Assembly: GCF_000485595.1 (NCBI RefSeq)
Contig: NW_014577074.1
Coordinates: 863,902-926,398, forward strand
From: Priapulus caudatus
Taxonomy: Eukaryota
DNA: 62,497 bases
Direction: 5' to 3'
Below the pieces are notes generated by a model that saw nothing but the letters and a program-made list of their open reading frames with translations, had not been told where the DNA came from and ran no database searches. The number at the start of each line of letters is the position of its first letter. Positions within the stretch are counted from its first letter, which is position 1. The position numbers and the translations under genes were made by a program. Below are positions 27,319-44,000 of the stretch, in pieces.

Positions 27319-28463
27319 CACCGTGGCCATGCACGCACCGCGGCAAAAAGAGTGCAGGCGAGGCAGAGAGATCCCATCACGGCGATGAAGACGTGAAGCT
27401 GTCTATGCTGGCGCGTGGTGTAGAGTGGGTTTCGGCACTGAACACCGCAACCCTCCACGCTGGCGTACCAGTTACGCTGGCTGTCTGTCGGTAGCAATGG
27501 TGGACTACACTGACCCGTTGCGTTGAACTTGAACTTAGAAACTTCGTTCTGGCCGATATAAAAAGAGAAAAAAATATATTATAACGCAATCACGCCAATA
27601 AACCTAACCTGCAGACTTTGTGCGCAGTTGATAGGTTTATATTAATTACAGGCAGAATTGTAAGAGAACGCAAACACCCGCTGCGTGTTAATATAATGTT
27701 CCCGTGTTCCGCACGGCTTACTCGTCGTGTGTGGCCCGCGTGTGCGTAGGCCTATAGGGCAATAACAGACAAGCGTTCAGTCACTCGCATATGAGGAAAA
27801 CTCACCGTGACAGCCGTTATAGATTGTCACGGCATAAACATATGAAAAAACCTGCCAACGCACGCTCTTGGAGTGACGATTGGTGGAATAAAAAAGCAAT
27901 AGAATCGTAAAATTAAACGTTAAAATTTGATGAAATTTGCTCGAATTGCGAGACCATGCAGAGAGAAATAGATGAACTTCGCGAGCGTACGACAAAGGGA
28001 TCGAACGTGCGCTTACTTGACAATGCGAGGGGAAGTTTTCGCATTGCAGGAAGCTCGGCCAGCGGTTGTGAGTCAGTTCGACGATCGTGCATGCGTTGTG
28101 TGCGTTCTCGCACATTTCTCGGCTCGGCAAATCCACCTTGTCGATCACGCACTTAGGCACGTAAACGGCACACAGTAGCGGCTGTATGACGGCCCAGCAT
28201 TCTGGAACGCTTCTCAGCCCACTCCACAGCCGCAGACGACGCTGGGCCTCCTCTTGTGTGTCCACGTCATCAGCGATGTCCGTCGACGTTGCACCGTACA
28301 ATAACTTCGCTCCGTAGCAGGTCGTGTAGTTGAGAGACTGGCAAGACACACCGCTGTGTTTACATGACTCGTTCGTCGTCTGGTTCGCGCCATCGCTGCC
28401 GTCTTGCGCTGAACTGGCGAGTATCACAGATAGGAATATTGCGGAGAGGAAAGTGACCGTCAT
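19313..28463 (-). CDS. smo: Smoothened (class F GPCR, Hedgehog transducer), 12 exons, ~855 aa
   Basis: Exons 28463-28017, 27548-27339, 26482-26310, 25182-24963, 24224-24101, 23832-23740, 23198-23090, 22767-22606, 21889-21750, 21344-21201, 20845-20526, 19738-19313. Total 2568 nt, in frame. Signal peptide, CRD ([27 protein letters not shown]), [58 protein letters not shown]. The last two introns need GC donors, so the C-tail model is less certain. Confidence 0.94.
19778..20080. repeat. (GGAT)n/(GGAC)n/(GATA)n microsatellite
   Basis: Direct reading; lies in the last smo intron. Confidence 0.95.
22248..22287. mobile_element. 40-bp CAGGAG-family remnant, second TIR subfamily
   Basis: ATAATAT-caggagttaataaagac aaattt gtctttattaacccctg-ATAATAT. 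Confidence 0.8.
24495..24930. repeat. Trinucleotide low-complexity tract (GCT/GCC/TAG/TTA)
   Basis: Direct reading; smo intron 4. Confidence 0.9.
25721..26126. mobile_element. MITE with 15-bp subterminal repeats and 6-bp TSD
   Basis: Arms of cccatttcgcctac repeats and their reverse complement. TATAAT on both sides (25715-25720, 26127-26132). Confidence 0.75.
26678..27314. repeat. (TA)n, (GT)n and (GA)n microsatellites
   Basis: Direct reading; smo intron 2. Confidence 0.95.
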
Positions 28464-28819
28464 CAGTCGGGATCTTATCTCACGTGATCGTTGATGCGAC
28501 GACTACGATGAGTCCTCCGTTGATACGCAGACCGACCGTATTCTCCACTGAGATACTTGGAAAGTCGGCCATACTTCTGACTGCTTGTAAGGAGGAACCG
28601 CGCAGGCGGGCTCTGCTGTACCGGCCACCGTGCTGTGGCACACATGTGAATGGGTGTATTATTTCGGCATACCGTTCCGCTCCATTCGGCTGTCTGCGCG
28701 CTGTGGGGAAGATGCTTTAGCATAAACATTGGCGATGGCCCGGGACGACGGGATACGTGGTGGGTTTGGGGGCGGGGGGGGGGTGCACGTTTCGCAGCGG
28801 TTTCAAATAATATCTAATC

Positions 28820-31240
<2,421 letters not shown>

Positions 31241-32309
31241 CGACAGGAACAGCGCTTGTAAACACGTTTCACAAAATCGTTTTGTATAATGAAGTATTAT
31301 GTTAGTGTACTGATAGTGTATATGAACAAAAAGTAGCATATCGCAACATAGCTCTACCGTTGCATGTAACTCCTTCGCTCCGTATAAAGGAGCTCTAGTA
31401 GCAGGAGCAATGGAACTAACCGGTTAGAACTAATCGTAATCCATTCCTATCAATGTCTAGCAGTTCTATTGAGACAAACAGGCTGGTAGTGGAGCTCTCA
31501 AGGGACTACTCATACACTATAGTGATAAGAAGGAGGCAGACCTACCTACTAATGCCAGCATATATCCGGTGCATTCACGTCAGTAATCAGTGAGGCGCAA
31601 TGGGCCAATTAAGCTGCCGATGGCACGCAGTGGCGCGTCCGGCTCACTGTGCGCAGTTCCTTGTATATTAATAACTGGGGCTATACCGGATTCTCCGAAT
31701 TTGTGATTACATTTTATTTTAGGCTAAAATACTCTGCATTGTAATAGGATTATTTCTACCGTTTGGTAATGCAACTTTTTTTAGAATATCTATAGAAATG
31801 TAGCCTGACATTCATACCATTTTTATTGTCAACGTTTCGTTGCTTGTCCAGACCCATATAATCATGTTCGAACTTTATTGGCACACGTGCAATTAAGAAT
31901 GAACAACAGGCGGGTAGTAGCATCAAAAGCAAACACTTATTTTACAGACCCCTATGTTACATGTCATGCAACGTCTGCTATAATAAATTTCCCGTCTACG
32001 TGTGGCATAGGCATCAGGCCTGCAATTGACCGAAGATAACTGCGTGTAATGGAACCCCTATGCACGACTATTGCGCCTCACCTCAAAAATACATTATCCA
32101 GCCCGCGTACGCCGACCACACGGATGTCGGAGAACATAAATACATCGACGACGTAGTTAATGGAAGAAAAGTCACGGATGTATTAACATGGCCTCGAGCA
32201 GTTCAGGGCGTTGGCACTGCACGATACAAAAGGATCTCACGTGCGCACGCCGAATTCTAGGCAAAGCGCTTTCATCCGTAACAGGTAGCCGTGACGTATA
32301 CGGGTCGTG

Positions 32310-32407
32310 TATATAAATATACGCAGGTGCCGTCACACCAACAGCAATCAACAAACGAAAACGAGATCGTCGTCAAGAAAGACTTTACCCGCAAGTACAA
32401 GTTTCTG
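32310..32407 (+). promoter_or_regulatory. Probable TATA box and short non-coding first exon of the VWA gene
   Basis: TATATAAATA at 32310-32319, donor CTG|GTAAGA at 32408, and an acceptor TTTCAG ending at 32811, 4 nt before the ATG. Confidence 0.55.
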
Positions 32408-32457
32408 GTAAGACCGACTTTTAGCTTTATATATGTTAATTGTTATATTGGTTATAG

Positions 32458-32531
<74 letters not shown>

Positions 32532-32815
32532 CCACACACACACACACACACACGAGCACCATTTCTAACTATATTCACGAATTCTATATATATAGAATAT
32601 AATTATATCGAGCTATAGATATAGATGATGCAAGGCATATGACGTACATATAGTTCGTAATATTGGAAGGGTTTAGTGTTCTGTAATTTTGTTCTTCACT
32701 TATCCATACCTCTCCATTATTAGTAGTTCTTGCTGTTAATATACTATATTTGAAATTATATGTTCCTATATATATTTATACTTACCTGTACCTATTTTGA
32801 ATTGATTTCAGAATC

Positions 32816-35034
32816 ATGAAGACTTTGTCTGTAGTTGTGCTTTTAGGCGTTGCCCTTCAGGCTAGCGCTGTCGGATTCTTCGATCGCGTTCAGAGTAGTA
32901 CGTATATAATAATATTTATATTTATATTATAGGTAATTATTATTAACTAAATCTTACCGGTAAACGTTCACATTGACATAAAACAAACTTCATCGTATAA
33001 ATAACGCCGGTTTTCTATCGAATGTGCAATCGCATTATTTCAGGAAATTATTATTTTTGCAAAACGTCAGCCGTGTGCGGCGTCTAAAGACTATTTTCTG
33101 TTACTATAGACCGAAGTGTGAAAAGCGTTAATGAGCCTGTGCAAACATTTATTATATATATGTTTTTATTTTTTATCAGATCCGGATTCAAATCCCGCTC
33201 CACCAGTAAACCGACCTCCGCCCTTCACAAACTTTCCCCCAGTTACCAACCTTCCCCCAGTTACCGACCTTCCCCCAGTTACCAACCTTCCCCCAGTTAC
33301 CAACCTTCCCCCAGTTACTGGAGGTTCTGTTGACCCAGGTGAGTGTACATTACATTCATATACCATCACATGCATTATTCGCGTATCGTTCTTTGTCATC
33401 ATGTTTCATCATGTTACGTACTGAGCTTCTTAGCGCGTTCTTCTCATTATTTTAATTTGGCAAAAAATGTAAAATTCCTTCAAACCGAGTTGTATCTATG
33501 ATTCGCAGGTACGGACTTCTTCTCAATTGACGAGAGCGTGAGGAGAATAGTAGCATTCAAGGACAAGGTAGCTCCCCCTGATACGGATCTATTTTCCATC
33601 GATGCGAATCCGGATGCTAATGAAGACGTTGACATTCTCCTGATGACGGATCGCAGTTACAGTGTCACACCGCAGGGATTTGAACAAGCTAAATGTGTCA
33701 TGCGGGTAAGCTTTAAATGTAATCAAATGACTGATATCTCCGTTACGTACAATGTCATTGCTAACCTCGTTATCTATTACATTTATTATGCAGTAGCATG
33801 CTACACAACCAGTTTACAATTACAATATTAACAAATATGAAACTCAATAACACTCTCGATTAAATATTAAAAATAGATTACAAAGTACGCAGTGCAGAAA
33901 TGTGATGCTTCAAGCGTTTAAACGTTATTATTGCTATAATATAATTTGTGTTTCAGGAATGGGCGCATCTTTTCCAAGACGACAGCCGCATACGAGCGCG
34001 AGTGGCGATGCTAAGCTTTGCTCGATTCCCAACTCTCGATTCACCGCTCTATTTCAAGACGTACTATTCGCTATCACAGGTCCTCGACGCCATCGACAAC
34101 CTTAAATACTATAGGAGTAAGTAATTGACTATATCATATTAAGGAATATTTCATATACTCATATGTTCGCAGTAACTAAGACGGCGAAATGATGTGGCTG
34201 AATCAAGTAATCATGATTTTTAAACGGGATTGCATTACTATGGATTACTAACTATATATTTTATCGCGTGTTTTCAGCTAGCTCTGCTAACTATTGCTCA
34301 CTAAGACAGAACCCGTACAACCGCCGCGCACCCTGGGTCAGCTTAGACGGTTGTGCTACGTGCACAAACTACGCCTTAGAGGAAGCATACAAAATATTCT
34401 TCGAATATGGAGAGTCTCGTCCCCACTCCACTAAGGCCATCGTCGTAATAACGGACGGAAAATCTAACTGTCCATCATCCTCGTTCACCTGCAGAGCGGC
34501 CCGTCAATTGCGATCTAGCGGTAAGTCAACAGCATACGTTAACCAGTCAATCGACTTTATTCTAAGCTATATGAAGTAGACTAGAATCATTAATTATATT
34601 AGCAAAGTTTTAGCCAGGTCAAAAATGTATATTATAAGACATATGGTAATTAGCTAGTCACCTAAATGAAACCAGTATGATCTTATCAGATCCTCTTAAC
34701 CTTTCGGGTGTTAGGTATATCGTGTAACCTGATACAACTGTTCCAATTGTATATTTGGTCCACTCGATAAGTTCGTCTCTGTATAAAACCCCTTTACCGT
34801 AGACGATTGCACACCCGGCTACATTTTAGTTTTGATACACGTATATAGGAATGCCTTATTTACTTTCTTGCAGGCGTTGACATCTTTGTTCAGGCGGTTG
34901 GCCAAAAGGTAGATGCTAGCGAGGTCAGGTGCATGGCTACCGGGAACAACTACAATCTTAACAAAGACTATTCAGAAACCTGCAGCATCACATCCTTGGC
35001 AAGGGAGGTGGGAGCCAAACGATATGTTGCATAA
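32816..35034 (+). CDS. Secreted protein: signal peptide, Pro/Thr repeat, single Cys-rich VWA domain (333 aa, 6 coding exons)
   Basis: Exons 32816-32897, 33180-33338, 33509-33705, 33957-34116, 34278-34520, 34874-35034. GT-AG, total 1002 nt, ends TAA. MKTLSVVVLLGVALQASA signal, repeated PPVTNL, VDILLMTDRSYS (DxSxS MIDAS), RVAMLSF, KAIVVITDGKSN, GVDIFVQAVG. Confidence 0.88.
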
Positions 35035-36673
35035 AAGAAATGGGGTAACCGCGTATGGCATACTACATGTGTTTCATATAATGTACTCTCGTATTTCATG
35101 CAGATTTGAAGATCGCATTCTAACTATAATCTTATTATGAGCTACAATAATTACTATGCTCGATAATAATATATTATATTAAGTTATGTCAACTTACGTT
35201 GCAATATTTATACTTAGGTAGTTGGTATATAAGAGATATAGAAAAATGTATGATTAAAAGGATATTATTTCGCACAAAAACAAAACATTAAAATGTGACA
35301 AACTGAACCTGCTTATACACGAAGAATAACGACATGGTTACGTCATGGTAATTTTTCATAGATTCAATCCAACGATATTACCAAAATAAGGTATCGTTGT
35401 TACATACGTTACGCAAGCAGTAGTAGAAGAGGAGACCGAGTAACACGAGCAACGGGTAAACACAGCAGTGAATCAACGTGCTACAAAAACATAGCCCGGG
35501 TGTAAAATATCTATGTAGTAAGCACAAATTATACTGTTGCAGTTAACCACTTATACGCAGATTCAAACGTTTGTTTTTGATACGAAAAAAAACACAAAAA
35601 ACTAGTGAGTATAGACATTATACGATTAGTCAACTCTAAATTATTAGTCGTCAGTTGTGATATACACGCGCGTAGATGCGCAGTATTAAAATCAGAATAG
35701 TTTCTGGTCATTAATTGAAGTGGTGCCCTGTCACTGATAATGACAAAGGGGTGACGGTTATTTTAATATCATGTACGCTCGATTTTCATCTATGATGATC
35801 GTGCATTGAATGTCGTCTGTTTATATGTGCCATTTGTATTTTTCGGTTGATGTATCCAATACAATTTTCCTCAATAAAAATGTGTCAACAAGGCAAAACG
35901 TACGCTTTACATATATATGCTATGTCAAAGAAGTTATTGATATTCATCTCGGTTACGTTTACAACGAATGTAAGATATTGCGAATTAAAGCACGTAATAG
36001 TCAACACAAAAAGTTCGTGACATAACATATATTTTGTCAACCACATACTAATTTTAAATGTAAAACAAGCTAATCAGGGACCTTCGCCGCTCAACGGCTC
36101 CATATAATCAATTCTCTTAGAAATTTCATTAATTCATTTTCAATAATATATTATTATTTTAATTCAATGATATTAAATGCTGTTTTTACTTAAATTTCTA
36201 CAACCGAATCTACACAACGAAGCTGAAAAACGTGCAGGACAACAGCCTAACAATATCTCGTTGTCTAGATATTGTAGGTTAGTCTGCGAATACATTTATG
36301 ATTCAGCACCTGAAACGAATTGTACAAAGATCTATACAGACTAGCTGAGGTTTCTCAACTCTAAACGTTCTCAGGCGAATTTTTGAAGTATCGTGAATAT
36401 ATCTGTATTCGCGCATGCTCAGTATCTGCCTTACTAAATATTAGTTGGTTGACATTATTCATTAAAATGTACAAAACACATAGGCCTACTTATGAAGAAT
36501 TTGGTATCAAAATTGCTCATCGCACTCTCTGACTTTAACAATTATAAGGCGCCTAATCTTCCCGAATTGCGCTATACTGTAAAATAGTGTAAATCTGTGT
36601 TCGCGCATGCCCTCAATTTGCGAAAAGAAATATAGGGCCTATTTGGTTGAAATGCGCCCAAATAACGCTGAAT

Positions 36674-36914
36674 GGGTAGTTGTCGTATAGGGTACTACAT
36701 ATATGTACCCTAGGTACATATATATATATCAGGAGCTAATAATGACAAATTGTCATTATTAGCTCCTGATATATATGTATACATAAATGTACACATTTGA
36801 TACATAATGCATTAATAATAATAACCCTAAGTAACCCTATTAAATGTGTACATTTATGTATACATAATATGTACCTCGGGTACATATATGTAGTACCTGA
36901 TACGACAACGACCC
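36674..36914. mobile_element. Foldback MITE with telomere-like spacer
   Basis: gggtagttgtcgtat..gtactacatatatgtacc pairs with ggtacatatatgtagtacc..atacgacaacgaccc. Spacer contains taaccctaagtaaccct. Confidence 0.7.
36730..36768. mobile_element. 39-bp CAGGAG-family remnant, third TIR subfamily
   Basis: caggagctaataatgac aaatt gtcattattagctcctg inside a (TA)n run, nested in the left arm of the 36674-36914 MITE. Confidence 0.75.
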
Positions 36915-37783
36915 TTTCTGCCCAAATAACAGAACCCGCCCCTTGCATATGAGCGATGTATGTGAATCTGGGTATGCTCACATATACTCGTATATATTGG
37001 TTATATTTAATAAAAGGCTCGACTGCATATTCTGGGAGATCAATTTTGGCTTTAGTATATATGTTGAGTTCAGACTGTTGGTCTCCGAGGTTCACGCCCA
37101 ATAGACGTGAGCCAAACCGGTAACATTCCATATAACCGTGTCCCCGCATTCGAGGCCTGGATAGACAGTACCCTGCGGCATGGAAAACAATGGGCGTCTC
37201 ATACACAGCCATTTATTACAAAAACCTCGCGTATTTTTACAAGCTGACAGTGAATAATCACCTATTGACGCAGGTAGATATATATACCTACTTCTGGGAA
37301 TAGGTGGGATCGTAGCCGTGCAACTATTCGTACGTGTCCCAGCTTCACACAATAGTTGTGCGTAAACAACCGAAAAAACTCCATTTCAGTTCGTGTAAGA
37401 AGTTGCTTGGAGGTTCACAAGTTGTGCAGGAAACTGTTCTAATCCAAGTTCCACCCCTAACGTCTAGAACAAATTTGACAATGTTTACAACGGAAAAGGC
37501 TCAACTCAAGTATTTTTATTTGAACTGATATGAATCTGAGAAAAAGGCATAGAAGACCAAATGTCAATATAAAGGCCTGCTTTTTTATTAATATAATAAC
37601 ACTTTCGATATGCAGATTGCATTTATCAAAAAGATATAACGCTTAGCAGACCAACAGTATAATGCTAGCTTCATATGCGGCTAGACGTTATATAGAATTT
37701 GAAATAAAGAAATAAGTTTTTTTCTCAAGTTAAGAAAAGAACGTGTTTGTACTGTAGGGAATGTCGGCATCACATAATAATAT

Positions 37784-37837
37784 CAGGAGTTAATAAAAGA
37801 CAAATTTCTTTAAAAGACTGCCTTTTATTAACTCCTG
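37784..37837. mobile_element. 54-bp CAGGAG-family remnant with filler
   Basis: ATAATAT-caggagttaataaaagac...gccttttattaactcctg-ATAATAT. The filler repeats taaaagac. Confidence 0.75.
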
Positions 37838-38468
37838 ATAATATCTATATTGACATAATTATCGGCAAACAGAATACAACTTGAAATCTAGAAAATGGAA
37901 AAATTTACAGCATTTCATAATACGGAATAATGAAACAGGTTTATTATAAAAATACTACTTGCTATTTCTCTCCACAATTATTACAATACGGCTCCCATAA
38001 ATGAATTAAATACTACATATTAATGTCATCACTGAAATGACATAGTTTAACCAAATCACTAGTGTTCTGATACTGTACAAACAAATAGTTAACAAATTAG
38101 AGGTGAGCATAACAGCCCGTTCTGGGCATGTCACCTACGTACCACTATACTTATTATAATCCTAGCACATATCAAGCTGTACTATGCAAGTACTATTACC
38201 TTTCCATGTGCAGCAATAAATCCAAATACTACATAATCGATGTCCACTCCTCATGGAGATATATGCCAGTTGACACATGACAATAAATCATTTACACTCT
38301 TTCACAAAACGTTAAATTCTACTAAACTCCTGCTCTCTCAAACAGCAATCAACTGTACATAACTTTAAGGCAAACACGGAGTAAACTGCTACGCTGTACA
38401 ATCGCCGTTATGGCCGACGTCTACTCCGCCGCCGACAGCATCGCAGCCGACGAAGAAACTCCTGTCGC

Positions 38469-40983
38469 TTACGACAGAAACTCCTTCTCCACGGCCGCAG
38501 CCATTTCCTCGTCGACGGACCCGATCGATTCGACCTCGCCTTCCTCCCCGCTCTCGGACTCCTCCTGTCTCAGCCGCTTGCTGCCTCCGTCGTACTGCCC
38601 ATCGTTCGTGTCATCCTCCCCCTGCGTCATCTGGAGCACGTCTCCGTAGTCGCCGGCCGAGTCGTCGTCGTCGTCGTCGTCGCGCTTGCGCTTCCAGCCG
38701 CGAGGATACTCGGCGGTCAGGCTCTCCTCGCTTGAGGAGGACGCGTCAAGGTCGTCCCGCAGCACGTCCGCGACCCGCGCGACCCCGTCGTCGTCATCGT
38801 CGTCGTCGTCGCTCAGCTCTCCCTCCTCGGCCTCCTCGTCGGTCGCGTCGCTCACCTCCTTGTCCATCTGCGCGAGGTCCTCCGACGAGAGCGTCAGCAG
38901 CGGGTTGTAGTCGAAGTGTGATGCGGCCGGCGGTGCCTGCTTGCTGCCGGTCTTTGCCTCGCCGCCGCCGGAACCCTCGGGTTTCCTCGTGAGCAGCGGA
39001 CTGCCGCGGCCCGGCTGGCTCTTCTTCCCGCTGTTCAATGGGAACAGCCGCTCGTCGACTTTCTCCCAGCGCTCGTTGCACGACCACAGCCAGTCGACGT
39101 TCACGACGTGGACTCCCTTGCACTTCTGCGCCACCGTCACCTTCCTCGTTCCCAACTGCGCGGCGACGACGTGAGTCATCGCTCCTCCCTTCTCCGGGGC
39201 TTCCTTCCCCTTTGGTGTAACGTCGGTTTGTATGTTGGCGCCGAGTGCCCTGGCTACGTTGTACGCACGGCTCCTCTCTGGAGCCAAGTTAGTTGGTATT
39301 AGACCACTGAAGACGATCGAACAGTCCTTCAGTGTCTTTCGTTTCACGTACGGCACGATGTTTTTCATATCTGGGATCACTTTCGGTGCATGTTCTTTTT
39401 TGCCTTCCTTTATCAGCTGATCATACATATCGTAGAAAGCTTTGTGGAGAGTTCCTAGAATATCTTCCAAGTAAAACAAGTAATCGTCAGAGTCTTCCGG
39501 TATAATGATCTCACCAGTTCCGCTTTTCTCAGGAGATTCTATTATGCATTTCACAGGGGGAGCATCTTCAGACGCCGATAAATCTTTCTCGTCTTCTTTC
39601 TTCTTTTCAAGTTTTTCCTTTTCAGTCTCTGCCGTCGGTTGCTGGACACAAAGGTTATCATCGATTTCCTTTTCAGAAATTTTACTTGATTGACACAATT
39701 CAATATCAACGGTATTTCCATTTTCAGTTCCTGTCTCCAATCTCACACAATCCTCATTTTTGGCTTCAGTGACTTTACGTTCCTCTATTACATTTTCACT
39801 TGTTTCAGAACACTCTTCTCCCACAGCAGCCACACTGTCGCTAATTTCCTTCTTTTCACTGGGTTTCAGTGGTGTTTCAACACCGGACTCCATCTTATGC
39901 TCGTTCACTGGAGCATCCTCATTAGCTCCTTCGCTAGGTTCCACTTTGCTTGCACATTCTTTATCCTCTGTAGTTGATGCGAAGTTTGCGTCGTCAGCAG
40001 TGCCATGTTCTCCTTCCTCCTCGCGCTCGTGAACCTCCTCCTGCATCTCATCTGCGGGTGTAACTTCTGCCGAACCATTCTTCACAGCACTGTCTTCCGC
40101 TGCTGGCTGTTTGGTCGGTGCTTCGGACGTGCTCTTCGCCGTCGTTATCGATGCGCTATCCTGAGGAGGGTTTTCCGACGCTGCTGCAAGGTCGACAGCG
40201 GCCACGTTTCCCGCTCCATTTTCCTCCACGATACCCTGTGCATTCTCACAGGGAACCTCCTGCCCCTCCTCCTGCTCCTGCTCAGCCTGCTTCACCTCCC
40301 CATTATCAAACCTCTGTTGTAGGAAGGGAAGCCAGTTTATGTCGCCTGAAATACAAAAGGAAATACAGAACGTTTCACGAATTAAATTCTGTGAAAAATT
40401 ATGCAGACCGGTGGATAGTCCTATCGTACTGATGCGTGTTGGGCTTTAGTATACTGTGTATGTATATAGGTATGAAATGTATCGATCCTTTATTAAACAG
40501 CACTCCAAAGAATTGATGAATCGAACTGCAGTAAATTTTAGTAACACGAATAAAAACATTTTAGATGTAATGTTAGTCTGGATCCACAACCAATTCAATG
40601 TGTTATAATAGTACTAATCATTATCGCAGAGCTATAATGTTTCCAACAAATAGCCAGTTATATTGTACCACTGCAAAGTTCTGAGAGGCTATCTACCTGT
40701 CCCTTTGAAGAAGTGGTATGGCTTTACATGAATCAGGTTGGGAGCATATCCCCACACATCCTCCCTATCATCTATGATGCACACCATCGCATCACCACAC
40801 GGAAACACACCCCTGCAAAAATACAAGCAAATATAAACCTGCAGTTTTGTGACTTATACGTTAGCTTTTAGATGCATGAATTTTGCGCTTGCTCTTTACG
40901 AACATGATCATTCATCACGTTTTAAATACTGAGACCACACAATAAACTTGCCAACACACCCATAAGCAAATTGACGCACAGAT

Positions 40984-41022
<39 letters not shown>

Positions 41023-41027
41023 CAAGC

Positions 41028-41063
<36 letters not shown>

Positions 41064-44000
41064 CGACCGACAGACTGACTGACAGACAGACAAAGAGACA
41101 AATGGATGCAACGCAAGCACACACATGAAATACGACCAATATAAGCCCATGTCTGATCACCTGCACTATTTAGTTACAATACCAACCTGATGCTAGCTGT
41201 TTTAGAACAGGGATCAAAGCACTCGTCTCGCGAGAGTATTCGGTGGTGAAACAGCTTGTCCTCAGGGTCCAGAATGCGCGCGACCGTGTGAGCGTATAAC
41301 CGCGCTCCAAACGTGCAGATGTGCAGCTCGTACAGCTTACTGATTCTCTGCAGAAACTCCACAGCACCTGGCCTCACGCGCGTGTGGTACCACGTGCCCT
41401 GGTTCCATAACTGGAAGTGATGAACGTCCTGCAGTGCAAGCGTGGCACTAGATTAGTTTTCTAACATCGAGACCACGTAAACAGGTCAAAAAAAGAAGCA
41501 AACGTTACATCGCATGCTGCATTTTACTTTGACTCACTGTCGCAACAATAAGCATTGGGACGGAACCAAACATGCCAACAAAATTTCCCAGGACTGTACG
41601 ACGATTCTGCTAAATCGTGAAAGAAATTATAGTGCATATAATAACGTTGTTGACATAATGGATGACTTTAGAGAAAAATCTGCATGATTGGACCTAGAAC
41701 TGAAACCATTATGGGACAAGCGACACACTGGTATAGTTTCAGCCCCATTACAACGAGCGTTGTTATATGCATGCAAAAGATATACACATACTTTCATGTT
41801 AGGTGGTACATCCTCATTGGTTGTGTGAATGACTGTCTGGTCAAGATCCACCACAAGAGCGAGCTTGCGTGTTCTTAGTAGACGTGCCTCATCCTCATGC
41901 CCAAGGTTCTGTGCTTCCTGAAAGCAAGCTAGTTCATTATGACAATTAAAATGCATGGAAATAAATCCTCAATATCCTAGATAAAAAAATAGGCACGAGT
42001 CTTCTGATAAATTTATCTTCACCAAGAGAGTTGCTGACTCTGATCCATAGGCATGAAAATGTTACAATAATATCTAGAAATGTTTATACAGTAAAACTTG
42101 CATAAGTCGACACTTTTGGGACCAGCATATTTGTGTTGACTTATACAATGTATGTAATGTGCGTATACACTGTATTAGCTGCCTTGCGTAGCAGGACATT
42201 TGCAGTGCATGTCTGCCAACTTTTCTTGGAACACTTGCTGAAAAATATATGGTAATTCCGCGAGGCCGTGCTCTGGAACGAACTAGTTAGTACTGTATAG
42301 CAGAATTAATTTTCAGGGAGTCACACGGACTCCTGCATATATCAAATCAGGGAGTCCGACAGTAAATCAGGGAGTATTTGACTCGATCCAGATTCGCGTT
42401 AATTTCGCACCCTGCATTGGGCTGCATACACTATATACACTATATAATACACTGTATACAGTGGGGAATCTGGGGGTGTGCGAGCTGCAAGCTGGAAAAA
42501 AATGCAATGCGTCCAAGCGAACAAAGCGATTCAAACAATCCGTCTGCGACAGCCAGTTCGTGTATTCCCTAGACCGTACACTGCGCAATCGGCATTTCTG
42601 ATGTCGACTTACAGATAGGAAATTACTGTTGTTTGTATTACATGGGACCTGTTTGAGGGCGTCGACTTGTACATGTATAAGGACGACTTATAAATGTCGA
42701 CTTAGGCGGGGCTATTCCAATGGATTTACTATGAAAGCGAATCGGGACTTTGACTTCCATGTCGACTTAAGCGAGTTTTACTGTATTTAACATTTATCTT
42801 CTTTTAGAAACAGAAGATTAAATTTCACTCATTGAATTGAACTGAAAATGATTAAAGACCCCAAGAAGAAGAGATCTTTCATCATTAGACAGTAATGCAA
42901 TTTGATCAGTGAACAGAAGAAGGGCATGAATATGGGGTCTAGCCATTTAGATGGCGACCCACCTTATACACATACAACAAAACATTAACTCTAATCTTTA
43001 ATACTTTGTAAATATTTTGCTACCTATTTACATTACCTAACTTAACGCATTCCCGTACCATACACAAGAAAACAAATAACTTGCAGCAAACAAACACGTA
43101 CTTCTTCGCTGACCATCAACTCTGGGATGCTATGTACCATAGCAACTGAAGCCACAGTTGGGGCTGCCCGATCTCCGGCCAATCCATATTTTCTAAAAAA
43201 ACACACCGACACATCAAGTAATAATTTGTAAATGAAAGAACACAAATGAAGCTATTTCTGTTGACATAAAGAAGCAGAATATGATTTCTTTATTATTGAG
43301 TCGAATATTGACTAATCAAATGACATACTAACAGATTAAAAAATTTTGCTATACCCATTCTAAAGGATTATACATTTACTACTAAATAATTACTTATAAA
43401 TAGTACTTATAATTACTACTGGCACTGATTTAGGCCGTACTTTCTGATGCTATGGCCGTGCACGTATCTAGTGGGTATAACATAAAAATAGTTTCTCATA
43501 AGTGCTTACTCTCTCAGATCCGCACCACACTCAGCACACATGTCCTTCATGACTGTAGGATGTGCACACTCTTCAGGTCTAAAAAAAGTTCAGATCAGTC
43601 TAGATAACATGGATAATATAAGAGGAGTTTAGTATGATGACAAGGACGGGTGGGAATTTGCAATACGGAATGACAGAAACAAAGAAGCTAAACTTAAAAG
43701 GTTCCTTAGAAGATGGCACATGTCAAAAGCACTGATCACGCTCAGATGATTGAGTGCAATGAACAGCCTTCATCAAACAAAAGGGAATGCCAATCTTCAA
43801 CTGACCATGATAAATTTTATGGAAGGATATAAGTTTAGCATGGAGAACAGGGACACAAAAAGGAGACCAATCAATTTGCGCCAAAACAACATCAGCAATA
43901 TCATGATATACTTTGGAAACCTATCTCGCAGCTTTATGCTGAATGGCATCCAATTTTAAACAGTTCTTAGGTGTATAGGTGAACCAGCTAGCCTGGTGAA

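Noticed and set aside
36736..37352. 158-aa and 86-aa minus-strand ORFs
   Set aside because: No recognisable motifs or exon structure; they partly overlap a palindromic MITE.
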